Origin: the human T2T-CHM13v2.0 reference genome, Homo sapiens
DNA length: 64,000 bases
NCBI RefSeq assembly: GCF_009914755.1
Contig: NC_060927.1
Strand: one strand, 5' to 3'
The notes below the pieces were generated by a model. It was not told the origin of the DNA. It ran no database searches and saw only the letters and a list, made by a program, of their open reading frames with translations. Positions 26,774-44,792 of the stretch are shown here, one piece after another; the first letter of the stretch is position 1, and each line of letters begins with the position of its first letter. The position numbers and the translations under genes were made by a program.

Positions 26774-27134
<361 letters not shown>

Positions 27135-27243
27135 CTATCCTTTTTTTGAATTATCAGAGCACAGAGAAACCAAAAAGGGTCTTCCCAGTATTGCCAATCA
27201 ATATTCACACTTCACAGAGAACACGTGGTTTTATCTAACTTAC

Positions 27244-27354
27244 TTGTTGGGCAAATAGAATCATCAAAAACCTCATCTTCTGATTCAGACTCATCTTCAT
27301 CACTCTCCAAGCTAGATTCTTCTTCACTTGATTCCTCACTCTCCTCATCTTCAT
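27244..27354 (-). CDS. CFAP44: CFAP44 acidic low-complexity exon ([36 protein letters not shown])
   Basis: AG and GTAAGT; 111 nt, phase 1-1; bridges the neighbouring exon frames. Confidence 0.93.
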
Positions 27355-27661
27355 CTATGGAAAGAGGAGGGCATTGTTAACAAAGAAGCTTCTATATTAA
27401 ACTAAATACTAGATTTTTAAAGTAAACTATTTTTCAATGAGTTAGTCACTAGCAAAATAACTCAATATAAGAGTTTAAAATGGTTAAGGACACAAAGAAC
27501 ACAAACCCAAATGCCTGCAGAGGGTTGTGCAGTTACTATCAATGCAAGTCAGAGGCTGAGACCAAGTTCCCAAGCTGCAGATGTTGTAGTCCACCTAAAA
27601 CACAGTTAGTGAAACAGACTCACAATTCCTAACTCATAAGATGCTCTAAAATCAGACAAAA

Positions 27662-27991
27662 ATTTTTTTTTCTTTTTTTTTTCTTTTTTCTTTTGAGACA
27701 GGATCTGGCTTTGTTGCCCAGGCTGTAGTGCAGTGATGCAATCTTGGCTGACTGCAACCTTCACTTCCTGGGCTCAAGCAATCCTCCCACCTCAGCCTTC
27801 TGAGTAGCTGGAATTACAGGCACACACCATTATGCCCAGATAATTTTTGGTTTTTGTTTGTTTGTTTGTTTTGTAGAGACAGGGTTTCGCCATGTTGCCC
27901 AGGCCGATCTTGAACTCCTGGGCTCAAGGGATCTGCACAACTGGGCCCCACAAAGTGCTGGGATTACAGGCTTGAGCCACTGTGCCTGGCC
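27662..27991 (-). mobile_element. AluJ
   Basis: Reverse full dimer. Confidence 0.93.
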
Positions 27992-28138
27992 CTGAAAAGA
28001 TTTTCATAAGTTATCTGAAATAAAGTAATGACATTTCTAGTCTTTATTTAACTTGGTATGAATATTCATGTTTTGCTGCAGAAGTACTAAGATGTTTGAT
28101 TTTGGGATTCTGTACCAGAACTTGCTAGTGGTATCATG

Positions 28139-28595
28139 TTGACAAAGACTCTCTCCTTTGACCCCACTTGAGTCAGGCTTCTCTGAGTCCTTTTTCTGAC
28201 TAGTTCCTGACCTTGAGCTGTGTCCTTAACCTATTTAGTCCAATTCTAGCAAGAATCCTGCAAGTTAATTTAGAAAAAATTTCCCACTTCTCCCAATGGA
28301 GAGAACTTGATATCTGATCAAATTCCTCATCACTCCACCTGTATTATCTTATTACCTGGCTTGCCCTCAGCAAAAGTCCTGTTAAAACAGTCTAGAGAAG
28401 AATTACCCTACTTCTTAGTAATTTTCTGTCCACTGACGCCCACTCTGTTCCTTGGCTATAAATCTCCACTTGTCCTTGTTGTATTCAGAGTTCAGCCCCA
28501 TCTCTCTTCCCTGCTACAAAACCCCATTATAGTAGCCCCCCTGAATAAAGTCTGCCTTATTGTTTTTAATAAATGTCAGGAATGATTTATTTATA
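28139..28595 (+). mobile_element. ERV1 solo LTR (MER31-like)
   Basis: tgacaaagactctctcc start, ggctataaat TATA box and ctgaataaag poly(A) signal. Confidence 0.75.
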
Positions 28596-29703
28596 ATATC
28601 ATATCATATATAATATCTTCAGAAATATTTCTGAACACAAAAATACATCTGTCCCTAAGGGTTTTGGATAAGGGGTTGTAGACCTTTCCACTCCAACCTG
28701 CCCCACTTTCTTTCAAAACACCCTGAGGTCATCTATGAACTACAGATCACCAATTTACAATTTATAAATACAACTAAACATTATATGCAAAACAAACATA
28801 AGAAGACTCTGAAAAAATGGAGAGAAGAAAGTAGAGCAACTATGCACCTTAGAACCTGAGGAACAACACTGTGGCGAGTTCCTTGGATATTCTTTTAGCC
28901 TCATCTACCTCAGACTTGGAGAAGAATAAGTTGGCAGCCTAGAAACACCAACAGATCTATAGACACAGAAAGCCTCAACAAAAGCTTGCTCTCTCTAGCC
29001 AAAGGACCAGGGAAGGGGCAGCCTAGCAGGAGAGAAAACTTTTAGACAGTAACTCTTCTATTCCAACCAAACACCACAGAAAAACTCTGGTACAATCCCC
29101 AACTAAATCAGCAAAGGTTAAGTGGAGAGGCTAGACATCCACCCTCACAGGGCTGTAACGAGGTGTCCCAACACTCCCACTGGATGGTGTTAGAGAAGGG
29201 CAAGCAGGGAGCCAGTACATTTATTCATGCTGGCTGGTAACCAGCCTCACCCCCACCCTCACCACCAAGATGCCTGTGGAGGCCATGTGATAGCCTGGAC
29301 TTCCACTCCCAAGGTCAGTAATAAGGTACTCTCCCCTCTCCCCTCAGGGGTGGTATCAGAAGAACATTAATAGAGAATCAGGACTTTCATCATTATCCAT
29401 AAGTACTTGCCATCCCCACGATGTTGATCACAGAAACTACATGTGGAGCTGGAACCCACACCCATACATAGCAGTATCAAAGAGGCCCCCTATCCCTTGG
29501 GTGACAATGAAGTCTGAATGGGGAATATAGACTTCTACCTCCACCAACAGTAAGGAGACTCCCATCCCTTTCCTTGTCAGATTAGTGTTTGAGAAATTTG
29601 AGTAAAACAGAAAATTTAAATAAGATACAAAGTCTCATAATACAACATGAAAGTTTTTAGGATTCAATTAAAAGTCACTCATACCACAAACCAGGAAGAT
29701 ATC

Positions 29704-30128
29704 TGATATGGTTTGGATCTGTGTTCCCACCAAATCTCATGTTGAACTGTAATCCCCAGTGTTGGAGGAGGGGCCTGTTGGGAGGTGATTGGATCATCAG
29801 GGAGGAATCCCTCGAATAGTTTAGCACCATCCCCTCAGTGCTGTTCTCATGATAGTGAGTGAGGGAGTCATCATGAGAGCTGGTTGTTTTAAAAGTGTGG
29901 TGTGTAGTGCCTTCTCTCTCACTCTCTTGGTCCTGCACCTGCATTATAAGATGCCTGCTCCTGTTTTGGCTTCTGATGTGAGTTAAAGCTCCCTAAGGCC
30001 TCCCCAGAAGCAGGTGCTGCCATGCCTCCTTTATAGCCTGTGGAACCATGAGCCAATTAAACGTCTTTTCTTATAACTTACCCAATATCAGGTATTTCTT
30101 TATAGCAATGCAAGAATGGACTAATGCA
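29704..30128 (+). mobile_element. MSTA-like solo LTR (MaLR)
   Basis: TGATATGGTTTGGATCTG...CTAATGCA; TSD ATATC/ATCTC. Confidence 0.9.
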
Positions 30129-30353
30129 ATCTCCAACTGAGTGAAAAAAGAAAACCAATAGCTGTCAACACTAAGATGACAGAGATATTAGAATTATCTG
30201 ATAAAGTATTTAAAACAGCCATGATAAAAATGCTTCCATTAGCAAAATTTGAACATACTTGAAGGAAATGAAAAAATGCAAAGCCTCAGCAAATAAATAG
30301 AAATTATAAAGAACTAAGTGAAAATTTAAGAACTGAAAAATACAATAACCAAG

Positions 30354-32997
<2,644 letters not shown>

Positions 32998-34719
32998 CCA
33001 AGATAAAAACTCAATGAATGAACTCAACAGCAGAATAGAAAGGAGACAGAAGAGAATCAATAAATGTAAAGACTGAACAATAGACATCATCCAATTTGAA
33101 AAACAGAAAGAAAAGAGCAAAAACAAAACAAAATAAAACCCCAGAGCCTCAGGGACCTTTTGGATTATAATGAAAGATCTAATATTTATGCCATCAGAGT
33201 ACCAGAAGGAGTGAAGAAAGAGAATGAGGATGAAAACTTCCCTAATTTGACAAAAGACAGGCTAAGGAATTTGAATTCCAAACAGGAGACACCCAAATAA
33301 ATTTATGCCAAAACTCATCACAATCAAACTTCTGAAAACTAAAGACAAAGAAAAAGTCTTGAAAGCATCAACAGAAAAGTGACACATTAACTATAGGGGA
33401 TACACAACTTGTATAGCAATGGATTTCTCATTAGAAACCATGGAAGCCGAAAGGAAATGACACAATGATTTTTCAAGTGCTGAAAGAAAAGTAGTGTCAA
33501 CCTAGGATTCTATACCAAGTGAAAATGTCTTTCAAAAAGGGAAAAATTAAGACATTATCTGATTTTTTAAAAAAATAAGAACATTTGTCACCAGCATGCC
33601 TATCCTAAAATAATGGATAAAGAAAATTCTCTAAACAGAAAGCAAACAATAAAAGAAGGAAAACTTGGAACATCAGAAAAGAAGAACATGATAAGCAAAA
33701 ATATGGGTAAATACAACAGGCTTTTCTCCTCTCTTCGAGTGTTTAAATTATGTTTGATGACTGAAGCAAAAATATAACATTACTTAATGTGGTTCTAGAT
33801 GTATGGAGAGGAAATATTTATACAAGTATATTATAAATGGGGGAGGGTAAAGGGATGTAATGGTAAGTAAGGTTTTTGTACTTCACTTAAACTGGTAAAA
33901 TGATGTAAAATGATGGCAAAATGATGACATTGCTAGACTGGGATAAATGATGACATTGGTAGACTGGGATAAATTATGTATATATAATGAAATATAAAGA
34001 GCAACAACTTAAACAGTTATACGAAGAGATGTATTCAAAAACACTACAAAAAATTAAAATAGAATCCCCAAAAATATTCAAGTAACCCACAGGAAAGCAG
34101 GAAAAATTTTATAAAAGAAAACAGAGAACATAAACAGAAAATAAAAATTAAATAACAGACAAGCTCTAAAATACCAACAATTGTATTAAATGTAAATGGT
34201 TTAAATACACCAAAGAAAAGACAGAGATTGCCAGGGTGAATGAAAAACATTATCCAATCATACGCTGACTACCAGAAATTTACTCCAAATCTAATGACAA
34301 GCAAATTCAAAGTAAATAGATGGAAAAAGAAATATTATACAAATTTTAATCAAAGCAAAGCAGGAGCAGCTATATTAATGTCAGACAAATAGACTTTAGA
34401 GCAAAGAAAATTACCAGAAACAGAAAGAAACCTTACATAATGACAAAAATGTCAATTTACCAAGACGACATGACACTCCTAAATTTGTATGCATAAAACA
34501 ACAGAGCTGTAAAATATTTGAAGCAAAAACTGATAGAAATAAAAGAAGAAATGAAATAATCCACAATTGTATTTAGATACCTTAACACCCCTCTCTAAAC
34601 ATTTGATAGAACAACTACATAGAAAAGCAGCAAGAATGTAAGAGACCTCAACAGCATCAACAACCAACAGGATTTAAATGACAGTAATTAAAACACTCCA
34701 CCCAAAACAGCAGAATATA

Positions 34720-35082
34720 CAGACAGTTTCTGACTTAAAACGTTTTGACTTATAATTTTTCAGCTTTATGATGGTGTGAAAGCAATATGCATTTGGTAGA
34801 AACCAGACTTCAAGTACTCATACAGCCATTCTGTTTCATTTTCAGTACTATGTTCAATAAATTATATGAGATATTCAATAGCTGATTATAAAATAGGTTT
34901 TGTTTTAGATGATCTTGCCCAACTCCAGGCTAACATAAATGTTCTGAGCATTCTGAAGCCAAGCTAAGCTAAGCTACTATGTTTGGTAGGTTAGGTGTAT
35001 TAAATGCATGTTTGACTTGTGATATTTTCAATTTAAGATAGGTTTATCAGGACATACCCCATGGTAAATCAAGGAGCATCTA
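34720..35082 (-). mobile_element. MER47A (TcMar-Tigger) DNA transposon
   Basis: TA-flanked ~360 bp element with terminal inverted repeats; recognised internal sequence. Confidence 0.85.
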
Positions 35083-35679
35083 TATATTCTTTGCAAGTGC
35101 CCAGAGAACAAATACCAAGATAGATCATATGTTAGACCATAAAACAAACCTCAACAATTACAAAAGAATTGAAATAATACAGAATATGTTCTCCGACCAC
35201 AATGAAATCAAACTAGAAATCAATAACAGAAAGATAACAGAAAAATTCCAAAACACTTTAAACTAAACAACACATTTCTATACAATTCATGGGATACAGA
35301 GCAGGTCTCAATAAAAATTTTAAAAACTACATTGACCAGAGTGAAAATTAAAAATCCAACTTAAAATCTGTGAGATGCAGCCAAAGCAGAGTTAAGAGGG
35401 AATTTATAGCACTAAATTAGAAAAGAAGAAAAATATCATCAATAATCTAAGCTCCCACAACAAAACCTAAAAACATGGAAGTATAAAATAAACCAAAAGC
35501 AAGCAGGAAAAAATGTAATCATAAAGATAAGAGCAGAAATCAATGAAATTAAAAGGAGAAAAACAATAAAGAAAATCCCTTATAACACAAGCTGATTTGT
35601 TCTTGAAAAGATCAGTTGAATTGACAAACCTCTAGCCAGACTGAAAAAAAAAGACACAAGTTACCAATATGAAGAATAC

Positions 35680-36048
<369 letters not shown>

Positions 36049-39000
36049 TTATGGAGTAAACCACCATAATTTAAAAATGTCTCCAGAGAGAAAATGCCAA
36101 GAGTGAATTGAGAGGCAACAGCGAAGGTGAGGCTGAAGAGGAAAGAAGCTGGGAACCCTGAACGGGGTAACCAAACACCAAGGCTCTCCCCAAACAGCTA
36201 CTGGGAAAGGGATGAGTAAGAGAACTGAGGGATGGCTCACTCTTACCACAGACCTCTGGAATCCTGGCTATAGGGGACCCCATGACTCCCATGGATGTGT
36301 GACCTGGCAGGGGGATCTCCCCAGGGAGCAGGCAGAGACTGGCCTTCAGATGACATGGATCCCGAGTGCCTTTGTGCATTGGGCAGCTCTGACAGAGAGC
36401 GGCCATAGACACTCATCCCCCAGAGTTCCTCGTCCCTCTCTGGGAGGCATGGGCTCCAGCTGACCTCCAAGCCAGGAGAGAGCAGGGCCGGCTTCCCTTT
36501 GGGACTGGGGCACATCTTCTCTGCAAGCCCTCCTGCCTGCCAGTCACTGCCGGGGCCCATGCCTCACCGCCCTGCAGGAGCAGCTATACAACACAGCCTT
36601 TGCAGCCCAGCCTGAGTGCATTGCTGCACCTGAGTAGTTTCCTGGCAACCACGAAGCAAATTGGATCCCCCAGTGCAGCTGGAACCTGACCCTGACCCTG
36701 AATCTCAAGATATCCCAGTGTCTCCAGGGCCGTGGTGCACAGCTCAAGAGCATGGAGCCAAGATCTATGGCCAGCACTTGAGCTGGGGAGGAGCCCTCAC
36801 TCTCAGAGAGTATTGAGAGGGGTGAGATGCATGAGTTCCTGGGCTGGGGTGAGAATGGGGCTTTCTTCCTTTGCAGGGCCAGTCCAGAAAGGATGTTGCA
36901 TATCTCCCTGCTACAGTCTTTTTGCAAGGGGGCCCCATGGCCTGGAACACCCAACAACAACAAAAACACAGGCACAGTGCCAGTGATTGGAGGGGGCTCC
37001 CCCAAGGCCCAGGAGTGGACCTGGTGAGTGGCCATCTCTCCCACTCCCTCACCCCTACTTCAGAACACACCTGCAAACACTAGGAAATACTAAAGAGCTG
37101 TGCAGCTGGGTATTAATGCAGCTACTGGCCACTACTGGTTTTTTTTTTTTAACAGTCTAAAATGACTGAAATGACAAACATAAAATTCAGAATCTGGATG
37201 TCAAGGAAGCTCATCAAGATTCAGGAGATAGTTGAAACCCAATCCAAGAAATTCAGTAAAATGATCCAAGAGCCGAAAGATGAAATAAGAAAGAAGAAAA
37301 CCAAATTTTTAAAGTTTTTAAACATTTTCAGAAAAAAGAAAACCGAACTCCTAGAGCTAAAAAACTCACTACAAGAATTTCATAATATGATTGGAATATT
37401 AACAGCAGAATAGACTAAGATGAGGAAAGAATCTCAGTTCGAGGAATGCTTCTTTGAATCAACTCAGACAAAAGTAAAGAAAAAAATTAAATGAACCAAA
37501 TCTCTGAAACATATGAGATTCTACAAAGAGAACAAATCTATGACTCATTGGTACTCCTGAGAAAGAAGGAGAATAAGCAACTTGGAAAATATATTTGAGA
37601 ATGTAGTCCACAAAAATTTCCCTAATCTTATTAGAGAGTTTGAAATACAAACTCAAGAAATACAAAGAGCCCCAGCTAGATATGATACAAGATGACCACC
37701 CCAAGGCACACAGTCATCAGATTCACCAAGGACAATGCAAAAGAAAAAAATCTTAAAGGCAGCTAAAGAGAAGGGTCAAGTCACATACAGAGAGAACCCC
37801 ATCAGGCTAGCAGCAGACCTCTGAGCAGAAATCTTACAAGCAAGAAGAGACTGGGGGCCTATTTTCAGTGTCCTTATAAAGAAAATAAATTCGAACCAAG
37901 AATTTCACATCCTGCCATACTGTTTCATAAGTGAAGGAGAAATAAAATCCTTCTCAGGCAAGCAAATGCTGAGGGAATAAGTTTCAACTAGACCAGTCTT
38001 ACAAGAGGTCCTTAAGGGAGTGTTAAACATGGACTCAAAAATAAAAAAACAAAAAAAAACAAAAAAAAAACAATACCCTTTAGCACACAGCTGGCAGGCA
38101 CTATAAAGCAACTACAAAATCAAGTCTACATAACAACCAGCTAACATCATGATGACAGGATCAAAAATCACACATATCAATACTAACCTTGAATGTAAAT
38201 GGGCTAAACACCCCACTTAAAAGCTAGAGTGCCAAACTGGATAAAAAGACAAGAACCAACCATCTGTTGTCTTCAAGAGGCCCATCTCAGATATAATTAT
38301 ACCCATTGGCTCAAAGTGAAAGGATGGAGAAAGATCTACCATGTAAATGGAAAACAAAAAAAGAGCAGGAGTTGCTATTCTTATATCAGATAAAACAGAC
38401 TTTAAACCAATAAAAATTAAGAAGGATAATGAAGAGCATCACATAATGATAAAGAGTGCAATCCAACAGGAAGACTTAACTATCCGAAATATATATGCAC
38501 CCAACATTGGAGCACCCAGATTCATAAAACAAGTTCTTCCTGGCCTACAAAAAGACTTAGACAACCACACAATAATAGTGTGAGACCTCAACATCCCACT
38601 GACAGCATTAGACAGCTCATCAAGGCAGAAAACTAACAAAAAAACTCTGGACTTAAACTCAACACTTGACCAATTGGACCTAATACGCATCTACAGAACA
38701 CTCAATCCAACAACTTAGAATATACATTCTTCTCATCTGCACACAGAATATAGTCTAAGATTGACCACATGCTTGGTCATAAAGCAAGAAGAAAAGAAAT
38801 AACTATAATTAGAGAAGAACTTAATGAAGTTGAGATACAAAAATCCATACAAAAGATTCATGAAACCAAGAGGTTTTTTTCAAAAAAATAAACAAGATTG
38901 CTATATCACTAGTTAGATTAACAAAGAAAAGAAAATGAGAAGATCCAAATAAGTACAATTAGAAATGACGAAGATGGCATTACAACTCATCCCACAGAAA

Positions 39001-39309
39001 CACAAAAGATAATCAGAGACTAATTATGAACACTTCTGAGACTATTATGAACACTTCTATGCACACAAACCAGAAAATCTAGAGGAAATGGATAAATTCC
39101 TGGAAATACATAATCTCCCAAGATTGAATAAGGAAGAGATTAAAACAGTGAATAGAACAATATTGAATTCTGAAATTGAATCAGTCATAAAAAATAGATA
39201 ACAATGAAAAAAAGCCCTGCATCAGATGAATTCACAGCTGAATTCTACCAGACATACAAAGAAGAATTGGTACCAATTCTACTGAAACTATTCCAGAAAA
39301 TTGAGGAGG

Positions 39310-39315
39310 TATATT

Positions 39316-39350
<35 letters not shown>

Positions 39351-40109
39351 ATATATAGATCTATATTTGTTCTGGCAACTGCAAAGCAAATCAGATCCCC
39401 CAGTGCAGCTGGAACCTGACCCTGACCCTGACCCTGAATCTCAAGATATCCCAGTGTCTCCAGGGCTGTGGTGCACAGCTCAAGAACATGGAGCAGATAT
39501 ATACATGATATATATATGATATATATTGATATATATGATATATGTGATATATATTGATATATATGATATATATGCATCTATATATCATATATGATATATA
39601 TGATATATAGATGTAATATATATCTAGATAGAGTACTTAATGAAGTTATATATGTATATATATAATGAAGTTATATATATGTATATATAATGAAGTTATA
39701 TATATCTAGATGTATATTATTAAGTATTAAGGAGTTTATTAAGTGTTAAGTCACATGATCACAAGGTCCTAAAATAGACTGTCTGCAAGCTGAGGAGCAA
39801 GAAAAGCCAGTCCAAGTCCCAAAACTGAAGAACTTGGAGTTCAATGTTCGAGGGCAGGAAGGGTCTAGCATGGGAGAAAGATGTAGGCTGGGAGGCTAGG
39901 CCAGTCTAGTTTTTTCACATTTTTCTGCCAGCTTTATATTCTAGCCACACTGTCAGCTAATTAGAGGTGCCCACCCAGATTAAGGGTGGGTCTACCTTTC
40001 CCAGCCCACTGACTCAAAAGTTAATCTCCTTTGGCAGCACCCTCACAGACACACCCAGGATCAATACTTTGCATCCTTCAATCCAATCATGTTGACACTC
40101 ACCATCACA
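39310..40109 (-). mobile_element. MLT2A1-like ERVL solo LTR with expanded (TC)n/(TA)n tract
   Basis: Recognised MLT2A sequence 39730-40109; perfect TSD GGAGG (39305-39309, 40110-40114). Confidence 0.9.
39318..39720. repeat. (TC)n followed by compound TA-rich microsatellite
   Basis: Seen directly; interrupted by a 123 bp GC-rich insert. Confidence 0.95.
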
Positions 40110-41915
40110 GGAGGGATTCCTCCCTAAAACATTCTATGAAACCAGCATCAGCCTAATATCAAAATTTTTTGGCAGAGATATGATGAAGAAAGAAAACTTC
40201 AGGCTAATATCTCTGATGAGCATAGACGCAAAAATATTCAAAACATACTAGCAAACCAAATCCAGCAGCACATCAAAAAGTTAATTCCCCATGATCAAAC
40301 AGGCTTTATTCCTGGGATGCAAGATTGGTTCAACATACGTAAATCAGTAAATGTGATTCACCACATAAACAGAATTAAAAGCAAAAACCATGTGATCATC
40401 ATAATAGACGCAGAAAAAGTTTTCAAGAAAATCAAACATATCTTCATAATAAAAATCCTTGACAGACTAGGCATTGAGGAAACATACCTCAAAATAATAA
40501 GAGCGCTATGTCAAATCCACATAGCCAACATCATACTGAATAGGCAAAAGCTGGAACCATTCTTCTTGAGAAGTGGAACAAGGCAAGAATGCCCACTCTC
40601 ACCATTCTATTCAACAAAGTACTGTAAGTCTTAGCCAGAGCAATCTGGCAACAAACAGAAATAAAAGGCATCTAAATAGGAAAAGAAGTCAAAATAACTA
40701 TCTTTGCTGGTGATATGATTCTATACTTAGAAGACCCCAAAGATTGCCAAGAGGCTACTACAACTGGTAAATATTTTTAGCAAGGTTTTGGAATACAAAA
40801 TCAATATACAAAAATCAGTAGCATTTCTATACATCAATAATGTACAGTCTGAAAATCAAATCAAGAATATAATCCCACTTACAATAGTGACAATAAAAAT
40901 GAAATACCTGGGAACATAGCTAATCAAAGAGGTGAAAGATCTCTACAAGGAGAATTACAAAACAATGCTGAGAGAAATCAGAGATGACAAAAATAAATGG
41001 AAAAACATCCCATGCTCATAGATTAGAAGAATCAATATCATTAAAATGGCATATCCTCCAAAGCAATATACAGATTCAATGCTACTCCTATCAAATTACC
41101 AACATCAGTTTTCACACAACTAGAAAAAACTAAAAACTATTCTAAAATTCATATGGAACCAAAAAGGAGCCCAAATAGCCAATGCAATCCTAAAGATAAT
41201 CCACAAAGCTGGAGGCATCACACTACCTAACTTCAGCTATAAAGCTGTAGTAACCAAAACAGCACAGTACTGGTACAAAAACAGACAGACACATAGACCG
41301 CAAGATCAGAACAGAAAACTCAGAAATAAGGTTGTGCACCTACAACCATCTTATCTTCAACAAGGTTGACAAAAACATGCAATGGAGAAAGAAGTTCCTA
41401 TTTGATAAATGGTGTTGGGATAACTGGCTAGCCATAGACAACCTACAGAATGGAAGAAAATATTCACAAGCTATGCATCCAACAAAAGACCAATATCCAG
41501 AATCTATAGCAAAAAACAAATAACTCTATTAAACAATGGGCAAAGGACATGAACATACACTTCTCAAAAGATTACCTACAAGCAGGCAACAAACATGAAA
41601 AAAATACTCATAATCACTAATCATCAGAGAAGTGCAAATCAAAACCACAATGAGACACCATCTCACACCAGTCAGAATAACTATTATTAAAAAGTCAAAA
41701 AAGAGGCTGGTGAGGCTATGGAGAAATGGGAGCACTTATACACCATTAGTGGGAATGTAAATTAGTTCAGCCACTGTGGAAAGCAGTTTGGAGATTTCTC
41801 AAAGAACTTAAAAATGAGCCACCATTTGACCCAGCAATCCTATTAGTGGGTATATACACAAAGGAAAATAGATCATTATACCAAAAAGACATATGCACTC
41901 ATGTTCATTGCCATG

Positions 41916-42295
41916 TGTATTAGTCCATTCTCACACTGCTAATAAAAACATATGCAAGACTGGGTAATTTATAAATGAAAGAGGTTTAATTGACTCACAG
42001 CTCAGCATGGCTGGGGACGCCTCAGGAAACTTAAAATCACAGTAGAAAGGGAAGCAAACATGTCCTCCTCCACATGGCAGCAGGAAGGAGAAGTGCAGAG
42101 TGAAGTTGGCGGCGGGGAAGCCCCTTATAAAGCCATCAGATCTCATGAGAACTCACTCATCATGAGAATAGCAGCATGAGGGTAACCACTCCCATGATTC
42201 AATTACCTCCAACCAGATCCCTCCCATACATGTGGGGATTCTGGGGACCAAAATTCAAGATGAGATTTCGGTAGGGACACAGCCAAACCATAACA
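41916..42295 (-). mobile_element. THE1C/B solo LTR
   Basis: tgtattagtcc...aaaccataaca; TSD CCATG/CTGTG consistent with CpG decay of CCGTG. Confidence 0.9.
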
Positions 42296-42846
42296 CTGTG
42301 CTATACACAACAGCAAAGACATGGAATCAACCTAGGTGCCTATCAATGGTGGGTTGGACAAAGAAAATCTACATATACACCATTGAATACTACACAGCCA
42401 TAAAAAAAGAATGAAATCATGACCTTTGCAGCAACATGGATGGAGCTGGAGGTGATAATCCTAAGCGAATTCACACAGGAACAGAAAACCAAATACTACA
42501 TATTTTCATTTGTAAATGAGAGCTAAAAACATTGAGCACACATGGACATAAGCACGGGAACAACAGACACTGCAGACTATTAGAGTGGTGAGGGAAGGAG
42601 GGGGGCATTGGCTGAAAAACTACCTATTTGGTACTATGCTCACTACCTGGGTGCAATATACCAATGTAACAATCCTGCACATATACCGCCTGTATCTAAA
42701 ATAAAAGCTGAATTTTTTTTTAGAAAAAAAGAATGCAACAGGTGATATTACTACAGACCCTGTAGACACTAAAAAGATAAGGATATTCATGTATTAATTT
42801 GGCATCTTAGATGAAATATACCAATTCCTCAAAAAACCACAAACTA

Positions 42847-43277
<431 letters not shown>

Positions 43278-43934
43278 TCAAATCCAAAAGCTTTCACTGG
43301 TGAATTCTACTAAGTGTTTAAAGAATAATTACCACCAATTCCATGCAAGATCTTCCAGAAAATCAAATGGAAAAGAAAATTTTCTGATTCATATTAAGAA
43401 GCTAGTTTTTATTACCCTGATACTAAAACCAGACAAAGACAGTACCAAAAATGAAAACTACAGAAAAATGATCTTCATGAATATAGACAAAAAATTTCTT
43501 AATGAAATATTAGCAAATAGAATTAATCAATATATAAAAAGAATTTTGCACTATGCCAAGGAAGGTTTATTTCAGAAATGCAATTCTGATTTAATAATCC
43601 ATAATTAGCCAATGTAATCTACCATATTAATAGGCTAAAAAGAAAATTACATGATCATGAATCAATGTAGACAGGCATCTGACAAATTTTCACCCCCATT
43701 CATGAAAAAAATTCATGAAAAAGAGGAACAGAGGTGAACTTCCTTAACTTAATAGAGTATCTATAAAACACCTACAGGTAATATTATACTTAATATTGAA
43801 AATAAAGCAAGAATGTCAGCTTTCAGCACTCACATAGTACTGGATGTTCTAGCCATGCAATAAGGCAAGAAAATGAAATAGGCATCCTGATCAGAAATAA
43901 ATAAATAAAACTGCCTATATTTGCAGACGAAATT

Positions 43935-43999
43935 ATTAGGTGAAATTATTTTCCCATTATTAATAGCAAAACCCACAATTACTTTTGCACCAACCTAAT
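43935..43999. mobile_element. MADE1 mariner MITE remnant
   Basis: caattacttttgcaccaacctaat terminal repeat; left arm partly deleted. Confidence 0.8.
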
Positions 44000-44157
44000 C
44001 ATCTACATAGAAATCCCCAAGGAATCTATCAAAACCTCTTAGAACTAATAAGTAAGGTTACGGGATATCAGCTAAACATGTAAAAATCTATTAGTAGCAA
44101 TGAACATGAGGACACTGAGATTAAAAATACAGTATCATTTAAAATCACTAAAAAAGG

Positions 44158-44450
44158 GGCCGGGCACAGTGGCTCATGCCTGTAATCCCAGCACTTTGGG
44201 AGGCTGAAGTGGGCAGATCACAAGGTCAAGAGATTGAGATCATCCTGGCTAACACAGTGAAACCCTGTCTCTACTAAAAATAGAAAAATTAGCCAGGCGT
44301 GGTGGTGGGAGCCTATAATCCCAGCTACTTGGGAGGCTGAGTCAGGAGAGTGGTGTGAACCCGAGGGCGGAGCTTGCAGTGAGCCGAGATCACGCCACTG
44401 CACTCCAGCCTGGGTGACAGAGCCAGACTCCGTCTCAAAAAAAAAAAAAA
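44158..44450 (+). mobile_element. AluY/Sc, TSD aaaatcactaaaaaagg
   Basis: Full dimer and TSD. Confidence 0.95.
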
Positions 44451-44555
44451 ATCACTAAAAAAGGAAATAGGTGTAAATCTAACAAAACATGAACATGAAT
44501 TATATACTGAATACTAGTATACAATTTTGATCAAAGAAACCGAGGTTCTAAATAA

Positions 44556-44792
<237 letters not shown>

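Noticed and set aside
27995-28690. Possible old Tigger-like DNA transposon split by the MER31-like LTR
   Set aside because: Only a terminal-like motif near 28660-28686 is visible; family and extent cannot be supported
36071-37083. Dense overlapping ORFs in a GC-rich region
   Set aside because: Explained by the GC-rich L1PB 5' UTR
39414-39437. (CCCTGA)n as interstitial variant telomere repeat
   Set aside because: Only about three units, derived by slippage from the L1 5' UTR donor that has two
37162-41523. L1 ORF1/ORF2 peptides suggesting an active LINE
   Set aside because: Multiple stops, frameshifts, deletions and nested insertions
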